DNA of 64,000 bases from Octopus sinensis (Eukaryota), in contig NC_042999.1 in the NCBI RefSeq assembly GCF_006345805.1, positions 46,438,001-46,502,000 on the forward strand, given 5' to 3'. The notes beneath the pieces were generated by a model that saw nothing but the letters and a program-made list of their open reading frames with translations, had not been told where the DNA came from and searched no databases. Positions 1 through 13,328 of this stretch are shown in pieces. The stretch's first letter is position 1. Each line of letters begins with the position of its first letter. Made by a program: the position numbers and the translations under genes.

Positions 1-183
1 TGCAGTACTTATTTACAGTTGAGCAGACAGGACTATTTCAATGTTGTATCGTGACCATTTCAATGTTATATCGTATTAACTATTGATCGCTCGGACGTTT
101 CCTTGCTATTGTTTGCATTCGAACAACTACACTTTATTTCGGATATTTTTTAACCAAAAAAAAAAAATATTGTTTCGTTTCAG

Positions 184-237
184 TTGATGTTTGATGAAAT
201 ACTTAGTAGCTTCGAATCTGGAGATTTTGTTTCTCAA
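184..237 (+). CDS. INTU: Inturned exon (first in window): LMFDEILSSFESGDFVSQ
   Basis: Acceptor ttgtttcgtttcAG at 182-183 and donor GTaagt at 238. 54 nt, phase 0/0. Resembles the vertebrate INTU segment recalled as MELDMALSDLEAADF (from memory, needs BLAST). Confidence 0.75.
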
Positions 238-2602
238 GTAAGTAGCATATTGATTGATTTTGACTTGTCGAAATGATTTCAGATTCACAGGGATTGGGAA
301 AATAGAAATTATGTTTTTATGAATTTTCAGCAATAAAAATAAAACAGTAAAATGTTCTGAATTTATACTTCTTGAACAAATCTAAACATAGGAACTTGTT
401 TTGATGATCATATATTTTAGTCTCACTTTGTTTTCCAAAATAGAAACCTTGCAAACTGTTTGTAGATTCTGTACTAAGCAATATAAACAATATTCCAGTT
501 TATTTTCTCTCTTCTTTAGAAGTTTATTAACTGATTTTCTGGCGGCTGTAATCTGTAATCAACGTAACATAGGCCCACAAATTACTCATCCTAATAATGT
601 TTCCTAATTCGGAAATATTACCTATAGAATAACCCATTAAAGTATATCAAAAGATAAATATTTATTCATCTTAAATTCGACGCCTCTGTCTATCTAGTGA
701 GACCGTGGATCGACATCTGAAGGTTTCCTATAGAAGGTGCAGATCTTGGCAAAATTCTAATGAAAAACTATTAGATGCCTCTGGATTAAAGTATCCTCTT
801 TCTACGCCGCAGTTGTCGCACAAGGGATTGGCGAAGTTCGGTATAGCCTGGCAGCAGCGTTGTCGTTAGAGTTATTATCAAAACGTAAAGAGCCAGAACA
901 GTTACCGCATCAGACCGATGCACTAGCAAATTTGACAGTTTTTCAGCCACTAGAGTAGTATTGTATTTATCAACCCCGAAGAAAATGAAACGCAAATTTG
1001 ACCGCGATGGTACTTGAAGTAAGTGTATAAAATCCGGACTACGACAATGCATTCTTTCCTATGCTTTAACAATTCAAACTTCTCACTAAATACTTGTTTG
1101 ATAAATAAAGGAGTAGATTGGTGGAATTGTTAGGATTTCAGATGTAATGCTTTTCCTTTTGCGTCGTCCCCGCTCTGTGAGTTCTGAATTCAAATACTAC
1201 CGAAGTCTACTTGGCCTTTAAGTCTTATAAAGTCCAAATCAATTACTGCTGTCGATTTTTCTTCTATTCTCACTCACTTTCCCCTCCCCCCCTCTCTCGC
1301 TCTTTCTTTCATACACACTCTTTCCCGCTGAAAGAAATTGGAGGTGATCAGATTAGAATAATGTGCCGAACTAGGTTTAAATAGTCAAATACGATGTCAT
1401 GACCACATGCTTCCCTACGCCTCCATCAGAATTTACCGAGGACCATCACTTTACCTTTGTGATAAACTGAATTAATTGCATAATTTTGGATTCCCAGGTG
1501 TACTCATCAGCTGTTAATGAACCTTATTGACTTCACGTAGTATAAAAATGGAATTCTGGCCTTCATGCCTTTCCAAAAGAATGACACTGACTAAATGAAA
1601 TAAGTAATAACTGCGATTACACCAATAATATGTTGATGAATAATTAGTCATATATTTATATACTCATAAAAACATTTTCGTTGTTTTTCTTTGTTATCTT
1701 CTCACACATTTACAACGTAAATTGAGACATAGGCAAGATTGAAATTAATTTATATGCGTCTAGTATTTTAGCATATATTTAAGGCAATTCAGCCTAGTGC
1801 AGTGGTCATCTCTTAAGTGTTACTTTTGTTGTATTTAGAACAGTTCTAAATGTTCTAAGAAATGTAGCTTTTCGGGAGAGTGACAATATCAAAATAAAGT
1901 CTTACAAGCTTATTCTCCCCTCTCTCCCCACTCTCTCTATTCCTTCTCTTTCAAAATATTTACTCGTCCACATAATATGACGATTTCAACACTAATGTCT
2001 TGAAGTAAATCTTGGCGTTTAAAACTGCGTTATCGTTCTACAAGAATAAATAGACACAGCTGGAATGAACATTAAATCATTTTGAATGGAAAAAAGGAAA
2101 ACAGTATTCTCGTGATAGCTTCTCCTACATATTGTGAAAGATACATTTGTATCAAAAAGAAATAGGAAAGGGGAAAGTGTTTCATTAGATTTTATTCTTA
2201 CGTCTGAATGTAAAACGGGACGGAATCTCTCTGTAATTGTATACCTTCTTTAATTGGCCTCACAGTGATGTGAAAATCGAGACAAATCACTATCATGGAG
2301 GTGAGAATGTATCGCAATGAAGAAAAAAAGAAGATGTTTGTTTTCTATTATTTAGAATCACGAATTCTTGGAAACTTTTGCTCAATATTTTTATTTCCTC
2401 CTATCAACGGTTCAGTATTCCTAAGAGTGATGATAAGAGAAAAAATACTCTTTTACATTCTATAACTTTTTATCACCGACATTTTCATTTAGAACACAAT
2501 ATACAGAAACAATTTAATGCAACTGAATTATAAAGAGTTTCATAAAACTTTCTTGCCTAACACGACTTGAAATAATTATTAAAATATTTTCTTCATTTCC
2601 AG

Positions 2603-2662
2603 CAAGATCTAATCTCTTCCAGACGACAGTTTTGTATAACTGGATCTTGTTTAATATTCAAG
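2603..2662 (+). CDS. INTU: Inturned exon: QDLISSRRQFCITGSCLIFK
   Basis: cttcatttccAG acceptor and GTaaaa donor. 60 nt, phase 0/0. Matches the recalled INTU motif RRLYTILGSSLFYK, which precedes GYLICSHL. Confidence 0.85.
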
Positions 2663-3274
2663 GTAAAACTTGTCATTTTTTATTGTCGTCTTATTATTTA
2701 ATTATATACGGTACATATTAACAGTGTGTGATGTAGTTGAAGCAGCTTGGAAAATAAATTATTATGTCATATGTTTTGATAGTTTGGACAGTGTCTACCA
2801 ATATAGCTTTAAAGCAATCGTACATACCAAGGCATATTTGGGTAATCACCTTTGTAGTTTCTCAGTCGCTTCAAATAACCTTCTCAGACATTTAAAGTGA
2901 TATTTTAATTTAAACATGTTTGTTGTCAGTGACCGTTACTTTTAAAATATTAAATTTTGTATCTAACAGATTTAAGGTGAAAAAAAAATAAACAAAACAA
3001 AGCAAAACAGATATGCATATTTGTAGCATTTACTAAATCAAGAATAATGACATTTATTCTAGAAAATGACATTTATGATGACCTTTCTTCCGGAAAATGT
3101 CCGAATTTTAACTGCTGTTAGAATTCGTAGAGTAAAATAGTTTTATAAAACTTCCAGATTATGAAGATAACAGTACAACTGAGAAATATTAACTGCTTCA
3201 AACGATCTATAAAGAGCCAACTTAATTAACTTAATTGGTAACACAATTCAACAAAGACGAATAACGGGTACACA

Positions 3275-3693
3275 GGCTCAGGAGTGACTGAGTGGTAAGT
3301 AGCTTGCTTACCAACCACATGCTTCCGGGTTCAGTCCCACTGCGTGGCACCTTGAGCAAGTGTCTTCTACTATATCTCCGGGCCGACCAAAGCCTTGTGA
3401 GTCGATTTGGTAGACGGAAACTGAAAGAAGCCCGTCGTATATATGTATATGTATATATATATGTGTGTGTGTTTGTGTGTCTGTGTTTGTCCCCCCAACA
3501 TCACTTGACAACCGATGCCGGTGTGTTTGCGTCCCCGTAACTTAGCGGTTCATCAAAAGAGACCGATAGAATAAGTACTAGGCTTACAAAGAATAAGTGC
3601 CGGGAGTCGATTTCCTTGACTAAAGGCGGTGCTCCAGCATGACCGCAGTCAAATATCTGAAACAAGTAAAAGTAAAAGTAAAAGAAAAGAAAG
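3275..3693 (+). mobile_element. tRNA-derived SINE family A (full length)
   Basis: A/B-box-like head (GAGTGGTAAG; GGTTCAGTCC), CORE-like ccttgagcaagtgtctt, internal TA/TG microsatellite, tail ggcggtgctccagcatgaccgc followed by (AAAGT/AAAAG)n. Confidence 0.85.
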
Positions 3694-4477
3694 GTATTTT
3701 TTATTCACTTAGAAATTTAATTTAATTTTTGTTTATTCTTCATGGATTATGTATTATTGTTATTATTACACTGGATATTAATGTCAAAACCAAACGTTTA
3801 CTTTATAACTTCGGGATACTCCATAATATACGAGTTCCAATAATTGAAGAAGCTACTATGTGGTCTGTAGGCATGCTTGAAATAGCAATCACATCATAAC
3901 GTCTTAAAATGGAAAGACGAATCTCATAAAGAAATGGGTTACTCTAGGTTTTTGGTTATAGTTCAGCATGATCAGTACTTATCTGGGGGTAAACGACAAT
4001 ATCAGCGTATCAGTACATGCTCCCCAGGAGCCTTTAGCAAAGTATACCGTTGGAGACGTCTTCAGTTCTTTTCCCTGCAACGTTTTTGCCTGGAGACATT
4101 ACCCGGCTGGTATTTAAGCTGAGCACCAGAAACATCAATTTCAACAATTTATTGAACTTGTAGAAATCACACGCCCTGTTTCTGCTCCCTTTCATTTATA
4201 CATTCGTCACCAATGCTGTAAATTATGGACCTGATTTGATTGATAGTGTACGATATTTTCATTTGATTATCATTCATGCTAACCAAAATAATCATAAACA
4301 AAACTTACATAGTAAGAGATATTAGGGCAACTTATTTTTGTAGTTTCTTACCTCACTCATTTCTAATAACTTTCTATGATATCTAATGTGATTATTTAAT
4401 TTAAGATAAATTGTCATTGACCATTAGTTTTAAAGTATCACTCAGTCACGATGTTTAGAGTCTTCTACGCTAACGCA

Positions 4478-4630
4478 CATGGCCTAGTGTTTAGAGTGTT
4501 CAGATCACAGTCGTAAGGTTGTAGCTTCGATTCCTAGACCAGTAGCATTTTGTGTTCTCCAGAAACGCGCTTTTCACGTTGTTCCATTCTACTCAGCTGA
4601 AGATGAATACTAGCCGAATGCTGGTATTCA
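4478..4630 (+). mobile_element. tRNA-derived SINE family C (CORE-like); second copy at ~47328-47510
   Basis: tggcctagtg.ttagagtgtt...ttcgattcc...tgtgttct...tttcacgtt shared between the two copies. Confidence 0.6.
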
Positions 4631-5978
4631 GTCCTCGAGCTGCCATATCCTGAATGTTTTAAAAATTCAAAGAGTAGGAGTTCCGAGTAGGTGTCTGTGT
4701 CTGTCCGCAACTACATAGATACCTAAGCTAATAAATGAAATCTTGATATATGCTAGTAACTCATCTTTGCTTGTGAATGACGACTAAGTTACTTAGTGTT
4801 TCTATAGCAATACCCATTTATATAGTAAAGGGTCATCAGCATTTTGAGAGATAATTTCTTCGGGCACTGGCTTCACGCCTGGCCGATGACACGATGTTAA
4901 ACTATGATCTCGCAGCTGGTACGAGGTTTCAGCACCTCCCTTCTCCGCTCTTTTTGCTCGGTGGCTAATAACATTTCTTCATTAACTTAGATTGTCTAAG
5001 ATAAAGGTGCAGGCGTGGCTGTGTTGTTAAGACGCTGGCTTTGCAGTCACATGGTTTCGTTTATAGTTCCCCTGGGCTGCTCGCTGGGAAAGTCTTTTGT
5101 GCTATAACACCGGGCCATGTGAATGAATTTGAGAGAGAAAAATATTTGGTAGCCCGTCGTATTATACATAGAATTAAGGATAAAATCATGTTAAAGATTT
5201 TATCTGGTGGTCAGCTAGAAATAAAAACCTCATCAGTAATTTATATATACCAAAATTTATCATTCATCTACGGGATTAGTTGAATAAGGCCGCAATTTAC
5301 TCACACGCAGCATCTTTCAGAGCTTGTCGCTAATTCAGTTCTTAACCAAATGGAAAACTGTTAACATTTTTCGAAGAGGACGACTGGTCCCTAGCTACAT
5401 TTTGGCATAAAGAAATTTAGATTTGGTCTAGTAGAAAAAAATTTGCATCAAAATTTGTAGCATCGTTATAGGAAAGTAATTAACCCCAACAATCAAGTTT
5501 AAATCTAAATAACTTTAAGAGCAAAATATATTTATCTTAGTTTCAATGATAGAAGAAAGCATTAAAAATTTCATAATTTTGTTGCCATGCAAAAAAATGT
5601 ATATAAAAGATTTGTGAGGTAAAATATCATGAAAAAAATATAAGTAAGGTAAAAAATTGGATTTAAGTATAATTAACTTTTTTTATTAAAAAAAAACTAT
5701 ATTCCAATTAAGCTTAAATGATAGGGCTCAATTCGAGGAATTTCATAGTATCAATCTCATGCAATGAAGTTTTAAAAGAAAAATGTTATGAGTGTTTGTT
5801 TCTCAAATTTGAGGGTGATAATGTAGTTCTATACGTTTTTATGAATATAGTTCTAGGGGACTTTTAATATATGTTACCGGCATCATTGAGATAAGGAAAC
5901 AATTATCAACGAAACTGCTAACTGACACATTTGATACATCATTAATTAACATACTAGCATAGCCTGGAAAAAACATGG

Positions 5979-6804
5979 ATTACATGGAAAAATGCGAGCA
6001 AGAAAAATAATGTTCTTAAGATTATAAATCTGGAAAAGTTCAGGACAAGTTATTACATCTTTGACAAGTAATAAATCTTGGAAAAGTTCAGGACAAGTTA
6101 TTAAATCTGGTAAAGTACAGAACAATAAAGATTTTACTTAAAATATTGCAGCTAAGGATAAAATTTGAATATCGAAAATTATTTGATTTTAATTTACAAA
6201 GTAACATCATAATTAAAAAAGGTACCATGATTTTGTTAAAATACTGACACACTAGAATACTTAAGAAATGAGAGCCAGAAGTACCAATATAGCTAAAGCG
6301 TTATGCAAATTAGAACAGTATATATATATATATGGTAGGTAAATTCATTATGTAAAAAATAGGTAGATTTTACCGTAATATATATCTAATTTTTGTATTA
6401 TTCTATATATTGTACTAATTACGTACTATAATATTTTTTATAACCTATTTTCAAATTTCTAATTATTAATTGATAATTAAAAAACTGAATAATTATAAAG
6501 TGCAAAAAATATTTTGAGTTATTTAAAATTTTTTTAATAGAAATAACAAGTAATAACAAATAGAAGTAATAACTTGTAATAATTTTTTTAGTTTTAATAA
6601 AAGCTAATATTTTCTAAATCTAAACATTTTATTTGAAATTGTATCCCTGGCTGCAATATTTTGAGTAAAAACTTTCCTGTTCTGTACTTTACCAGACGTA
6701 ACAACTTGTCCTGAACTTTTCCAAGTGTAATAACTTGTCCTGTACTTTTCCAGATTTATAATCTTAAGAATATTATTTCTCTTGCTCGTATTTTTCCATG
6801 TAAT
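5979..6804. mobile_element. Fold-back element with ~200-bp imperfect inverted arms containing tandem subrepeats
   Basis: attacatggaaaaatgcgagcaag...ctggaaaagttcaggacaagttatta is mirrored at ~6605-6804. Confidence 0.65.
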
Positions 6805-6829
6805 AATTCTATACATATATATATATTAA

Positions 6830-7077
6830 GGGGATCAGGAAAAACCTTCACCGATATGCTAAAAGATAAATGCCAATGGCACTAAAAAAACTACCGTAAA
6901 TCTTTTTCATTGCTTTCAGCTCCAAATTGGTTGCAATACACAATTAACTGTGCAGTACTATTTATCATTTTTCAATTACCCGCTTACAACCTGTGCTGTG
7001 GGAGATTTACAGTGTTATTTTTTAGTGCTATTGGTATTTATCTTTTAGCGTGTCGGTGAAAGTTTTTCTTAATCGCT
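6830..7077. mobile_element. MITE with TTAA TSD and purine termini (Kolobok-like)
   Basis: TTAA at 6826-6829 and 7078-7081; ~80-bp imperfect TIRs. Confidence 0.65.
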
Positions 7078-7109
7078 TTAATATAATTATATATATAGTT
7101 ACGTATTTT

Positions 7110-7185
<76 letters not shown>

Positions 7186-7327
7186 ATATATATATATATA
7201 TATATCTGTAAATGTAATATGTGACAATTATTATAATTGTCATATATTACATTTACAGATAAATTCCTCTATTTACATAATATCGAAGTCTCTTTCTTTC
7301 TTTTATTGTCTTTTTATCAATATATAT

Positions 7328-7504
7328 ATGTCACTGACAACCGCCGTTGCTTTGTTTAAGTCCCCGTAACTCAGCGGTTCACAAAAAGATATCGATAGAA
7401 GAAGAAAATATTAAAAAATAAATACTGAGGCACTTTATTCGACTAAATCCTTTAAAGCGGTGTCCTAGCATGGCCGTATCTAATTATTTGCAGTAACTGA
7501 AACA
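7328..7504 (+). mobile_element. SINE family A, 3' half, ending just upstream of the exon acceptor at 7521
   Basis: ccccgtaactcagcggttc...gcggtgtcctagcatggccg...actgaaaca. Other partial A copies at ~5020-5150, 8572-8735, 13850-14060 and 14770-14900. Confidence 0.7.
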
Positions 7505-7522
7505 ATTTTTTGCTTTCCATAG

Positions 7523-7744
7523 GGCCATGTAATATGCAGTCACTTGGAAACATCGGATTTGCTTGACGCTTGGCTCCTATGCCAAAGCCTTGGATTGGTG
7601 TCTTTCAGCCAGGAACATAATTTCAGCGAATTAATTGTTTGGCATGAAGTTTTCTTATCGCGTCTTCAAAACGCTAATGAAATGCTGTTGCCTGCAGGAT
7701 ACAATCGGAAACCAGAGAAATGTTTTATTTTCATTGTTGGGCAG
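7523..7744 (+). CDS. INTU: Inturned exon, Longin domain 2: GHVICSHLETSDLLDAWLLC...ELIVWHEVF...KCFIFIVGQ
   Basis: ttgctttccatAG acceptor and GTatgt donor. 222 nt open, phase 0/0. Close to recalled INTU [20 protein letters not shown]...QLIIWREVF...RYFLLVVG. Confidence 0.92.
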
Positions 7745-8078
7745 GTATGTATAAAGCCATCTTCTTTTCGCATTGATTAAATATACAACTATATTTCATC
7801 AGCTTTAAATCTATTTAAACGAATCTATTTATCTCAAAATAAATAAATAGACAAATAGACAAATAAATAAATAAATAAATATAATCCTATCTGCTACAGG
7901 GTACAATGCCTGTAATTTTGTGGGTAGAGGCATAGTCGATTAAATTAACCCAACTAGTACTTATTTTATCGACCCCTAAAGGATGAAAGGCACAGTAGAC
8001 TTCAGCTGAATTTGAAATCAGATGAAATACAACTAATCATTCCGTCCGGCTTGCAAACAATTTTGCTTGCTCGCCGCC

Positions 8079-8119
<41 letters not shown>

Positions 8120-8550
8120 CCTTTCTACTAAAGGCACAAGGCCTAACATTTTTGGGGGAGAGGACTAGTCGATTACGTCTAGTGCTTAACTAGTACTTAA
8201 TTTATCGACCTCGAAAGGATAAAAGGCGAAGTCGGCAGTCGTGGAATTTGAACTAAGAACGTAAGGACAGACGAAATACCTATTTCTTTATTACCCACAA
8301 GGGGCTACACACAGAGGGGACAAACAAGGACAGACATAGGTATTAAGTCGATTACATCGACCCCAGTGCGTAACTGGTACTTTATTTATCGACCCCGAGA
8401 GGATGAAAGGCAAAGTCGACCCCGGCGGAAATTGAACTCAGAACGTAACGACAGACGAAATACCGCTAAGTATTTCGTCCGGCGCGCTAACGTTTCTGCC
8501 AGCTCGCCGCTAAGCATTCTGCCCGACATGCTAACGATTTTGCCAACTCA
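8120..8550 (-). mobile_element. SINE family B: young X-tailed copy (8281-8508) nested in an older copy (8120-8280 plus 8509-8550)
   Basis: The host reads ...aatgcttagc | ggtatttcg... and is split exactly by a near-consensus copy ending aataaagaaata. The host carries a different tail, ending in (ATT)n. Confidence 0.8.
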
Positions 8551-8738
8551 GAATCTTAAGTTGTTCTTAATAAGGCACAGGGGTGGCTATGTGGTAGGAA
8601 GTTTGTTTTCTAACAAAATGGCTCGGGTTCAGTCCTATTGTGTAGCTTCTTGTGCAAGTGTCTTTCACTTTAAGTTCCAGCAAACCTTTGTGAGAGGATT
8701 TGTTTGAAAGAAACTGAAAGAAGATCGTCGTATATATA

Positions 8739-8804
<66 letters not shown>

Positions 8805-9169
8805 CTAGCAGTATCGCTCGGGTTTGTTTCGACCCGCTGGAATTGGAATTTTTGAAAAGTAAAAATTTTGCATTATGTAGCTTGTTATTCTGTTCAAGTG
8901 AACATTTTTCTGGTTGAAATACACCGAAAAGTGGCGACACAGCAGTGAAAAAATCGTAAAAATTATGGAATTTCATAGAAAAAATCACCTTTTTGATGTA
9001 AATAATTTTATCTTCTTGAATTTTATCTTCTACGGAAGAAAGAGCAACCCTTCTGCTATCATACTCTCAATTTTGGTCAACTTGCGCCGCAGGGTCTCGG
9101 AGGAGATAGTGTTAGTTGAAGGCTACCAAACCTGCCGCACACTGACAACTTCAGCTTTATATAGAGAGA
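8805..9169 (-). mobile_element. Non-autonomous Helitron sharing the family-1 3' end with a different interior
   Basis: a|ctagcagtatcgctcgggtttg at the left; TCTCTCTATATAAAG-type 5' end at the right. Confidence 0.72.
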
Positions 9170-9331
9170 TAACACACACACATTAATACACATACATACA
9201 CACACAGACATGTATGTATGTATGGATGTATGTATATATGTACATCTGTACACTTCTTGCCATATTTTTATCTTTCACTTCCTACACACACACACACACA
9301 CAGACACACTCACACACACACAGACACACAC

Positions 9332-9391
<60 letters not shown>

Positions 9392-10917
9392 CCTTAGCTT
9401 ACAATTTCTTTCAACAATTGACAACTGATGTACGCTCGCAAATTAATACTACCAAAACTTAGCGACAGAAAGTAAATTAAAAACCAATTGACCTTTTCTG
9501 TTGAGTTATGATGGCAATTCGACCGTCTGATTTCCTTAAATCCGTCTCTTTTCTTCAACTGAACTTACTTCATATCGTTTCTTAAAGTCCTTTGTGAAAT
9601 GTAGGAGTGTTTTGTTTTGTTCTTTCTCGAGAAACTTTTGTTTCCTCAACACTAAAAACTAACGGGAAGTAGACAACAGCCCCAGTACAATTGGTGTAAT
9701 AGTGTAACTCATAATGTGAGCGGCTATATGTGTTACGAACACGTATGCTCTAGCTTGGTCTTGGCCATAATAGTTTTCACGCTGTGTTAAAAGAGAATGG
9801 ATGCCCTATGTAGGCAAGAGGGGAATGAAGCATGGGTAAGTAAATATGGGTAATTTATAAGATATAGAACAATAGCATCTACTCACCATACGTCAGTTAA
9901 TTGTTGGTGTGTGTTTGCAAATGTGTTCGAATGAGAAAGTGAATTGTGTTTGGCGCCTTTTTTACTAATAACAAACACACACGTGTGTATGTGTTTGAGT
10001 GTTTGTATGTAGTTGTTTGAAACGTTTGTGTTTGTCACTGTCATATATGTATATGTTTGCGTGTCTATGTGTGTGTGAAGAGTAAATCGTTATGTATTTA
10101 TTTTGTTCTGTTTCCTTTTTCTTTTGAGGAGTGGTTTGCAAAGAGAAAGTAGATGTATATGTTTGCGTGTCTATGTGTGTTTGTGAGGAGTAAATCGTTA
10201 TGTATTCATTTTTTCTCTGTTTCCTCTCTGTATTGTTTTTGAGTAGTGGTTTAAGGTACACTTGCAAAGAGAAAGTAGGAGAAAGTGTGGTAATAGAAGG
10301 AGTAAAGCATTTGAAATGAGAGAGGCAAATCGTAAAATATTGAGTTTTATCGAATTTTTGCTTAACTGGGGGTCAAATTGAAAGAAATTTATTCGCCATG
10401 ACCCAATGGAATCTACTTCGAAAAATCATAGGTAAATTCCAATTGAAGAAATTCTATATATGTGTGTGAGGAGTAAATCGTTATGTATTAATTTTTTTTC
10501 TGTTTGCTCTCTTTGTTTTTTTTGAGGAGTGGTTTGCAAAGGGAAAGTAGATGTATGTGTTTGCGTGTGTATGTGTGTGTGTGAGTAGTAAATCGTTATG
10601 TATTTATTTTTTCTCTGTTTCCTCTCTGTATTTTTTTTGAGTAGTGGTTTAAGGTACACTTGCAAAGAGAAAGTAGGAGAAAGTGTGGTAATAGAAGGAG
10701 TAAAGCAGTTGAACTGAGAGAGGCAAATCGTAAAATATTGAGTTTTATCGAATTTTTGCTTAATTGGGAGTCAAATTGAAAGAAATTTATTTGCCATGAC
10801 CCAATGGAATCTACTTCGAAAAATCATAGGTAAATTCCAATTGAAGAAATTCTATATTGTACAATTGTATTAAAAACAAACATAGTCACAGACAGAAAAT
10901 CTGCCTTTTATAGTATA
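9170..10917 (-). mobile_element. Probable Helitron family 2 with internal minisatellites; partial relatives at ~12640-12916 and ~14290-14750
   Basis: Shared 5' end (TC)TCTTATTATAAAAGGCAGATTTT. Internal tandem duplication of ~370 bp and ~120-bp subrepeats. The 3' CTAG end was not identified. Confidence 0.55.
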
Positions 10918-11554
10918 CTAGCAGTATCGCCCGGCGTTGCTCGGGTTTGTAAGGGAAATAACTATATAAGCATTTTTAGAGAGTTATAGCCCCAAAATAG
11001 CAAAAAATGCATTAAAAATGGAAAAAATATGATGGTAAATTTTTTTTTAAATCGTTGACTCATCGTAGACATTTTTAGAGAGTTACTTCCCTTATATAAT
11101 AGCGAAAAAATGCATTAAAATGGAATAAAAAATGATGTTAAATTATTTTTAAAATCGTAGACTCATGTAGACGCTTTCTTAGCCATTTCTGTTTTGGTGT
11201 CTTCAAGCCATGAAGTCGTTGTTCTAAAAGAACGCTGGTCTCCTTGACAACGCATTACGACGTTGATTTCCTTACACTCTCTCCCCACAGGTGCAGGTGT
11301 GAGCGTGGACGCCAACTCCGCCGCCATCGACACACGAAAAATTATGCATTAAAATGGAATAAAAAATGATGTTAAATTATTTTTAAAATCGTAGACTCAT
11401 CGTAGACGCGCGCTAATACCCAGACGGGCTCGATATGAATCACGACTATAAGCTACCCGAATTTGGTTAAACTGCACCGCAAAATGTGGGAGTAGTTAGG
11501 AATCTAAATCGAAGGGGACAGACACTCACACAACTACAGTTTTATATATATAGA
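10918..11554 (-). mobile_element. Non-autonomous Helitron, family 1
   Basis: Same termini and much of the interior of 34211-34723, in reverse orientation. Confidence 0.85.
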
Positions 11555-11589
11555 TATACATAGCGCAGTAGTGGTGAGATGTGACAGCA

Positions 11590-12005
11590 AAGAAAAACAT
11601 ACATTCACTCTCTGCATGCAATTAGACTCGGAAAGTTCGTGAGGAACCCATTGACCCAATTTGCTGACTTTTCCGATAGCACACAGGTCTCAATGAATGG
11701 TTGAATGACCAAATCCAAGCTTCTCTGCTAGTTCCTCAACAGTTACGATGAGATTTTGTTCCACCAGGGTTTTCAAGATGTCCTTGTCGAGTTCTACAGA
11801 TCTTTCAGGATGAGGCTCGTCTTCTAGGCTGTTCCAATATAGCTTTGAAAAAAATAGCTGTTAAAATCGAAATGCACTCTTCAAAACTTGCACTATGAAT
11901 AAGGACAAGATAAAATTACTACCTGCTTTTATAGCAAGTTAATATAAGTAGTTTATCCCATTCCCCTCTGACTTTTAGTTCAAGCTGTTGAAAAAACCTC
12001 ATTAT
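11590..12005 (-). mobile_element. mariner transposase remnant (N-terminal)
   Basis: EDEPHPER...VEELAEKLGFGHSTIH..IGKVSKLGQWVPHEL, containing the mariner WVPHEL motif. Confidence 0.8.
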
Positions 12006-12937
12006 TATATATATACATACATACATCATACATACATACATATACACACACACTCTCTCTCTCACACACATGCACATATTTATATTCTGTTATTCTTTTA
12101 TATGTTTCAGCCTTGAGGTTGTGGCCATGCTGGATCATGTGTGTGTGTGTGTGTGTCTATCTGTCTGTCTGTCTGTATGTCTATATGTATATGTATGTGT
12201 GTGAACAATAATATTTTCAACAGATGTGTTGCAAATGTATCTGATTGTTCTCAAGCTTCAATACTGTGTGTGTGTGTATGTGTGTGTGTGTGTATGTATG
12301 TATATGTATGTATGTATATGTATGTATGTATGTATGTGTGTATGTATGTATGTGTGTGTGTATGTATGTATATGTGTGTGTATGTGTGTGTGTGTGCATG
12401 TATGTATGTATGTATGTATGTATGTATGTATGTATGTATGTATGTATGTAGTATGTATGTATGAGTGTATGTTACTTATTACTAACACAAGCCACTACGG
12501 TTATTTAATGTAAAGTCTTCCTCAAATCACTCTCTCTGGCTATTTACTCTCTTCCAAGAACATTTTCACACTCACTCTTATGTGTTAGCTTCCCATACAT
12601 TTTACTCATGTATCTATCAGCGTGATAGAGAGAAACAATATTACATCTAGTTTCACTTTATTCGTTGCACACTGTGTGTGTGCGTTTGCGTGTGCTGTAA
12701 ACCAGACTAAGAAAAGCATTTGACACACACACCAGAATGTGAGTTTTCTGTAAATTTTGCTTAATTGGAGTTTAAATTTTAAAAACTGGACCTGGCATGA
12801 CGCGATGCATTGTACTCTTAAAAATGCTAGGTAAATTGTATTGAAGAAATCCTATATTGTAGATTTGTATAACTCCCAAAGGGAGGCAGATAAAATCTGC
12901 CTTTTATAATAAGAGATTGATATATATATATATAATA

Positions 12938-13327
12938 CTAGCAGTATCGCCCGGCGTTGCTCGGGTTTGTAAGGGAAATAATTATATAAGCATTTTTAGA
13001 GATGTAAAGTATAATAGCCATCTCAATATGGCTAACCACAAAGGGGAGGGGTGTTACTGTAGCTTTTTACGTTCTGAGATTTAATAATAAATTTTAGAGA
13101 GTTACTTCCCTTATATATGTCAAAAATGGATTAAAAATGGAAAAATTGATGGTAAATTTTTTTTTAAATCGTAGACTCATCGTAGACGCGCGCTAATACC
13201 CAGACGGACTCGATATGAATCACGACTATAAGATACCCGGTTTTGGTTAAACTGCACCGCAAAATGTGGGTATAGTTAGGAATCTAAATCGTAGGAGACA
13301 CACACACCTCACTTTTATATATAAAGA
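12938..13327 (-). mobile_element. Non-autonomous Helitron, family 1 variant
   Basis: Same CTAG and hairpin end and TC start; different middle segment. Confidence 0.82.
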
Positions 13328-13328
13328 T

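Noticed and set aside
690-1052. GC-richer patch and 88-aa - strand ORF
   Set aside because: No recognisable motif, splice signals or terminal repeats; left unassigned.
3275-3345. tRNA-like sequences in SINE heads
   Set aside because: A/B-box-like motifs without a complete cloverleaf and continuing into SINE bodies; not tRNA genes.
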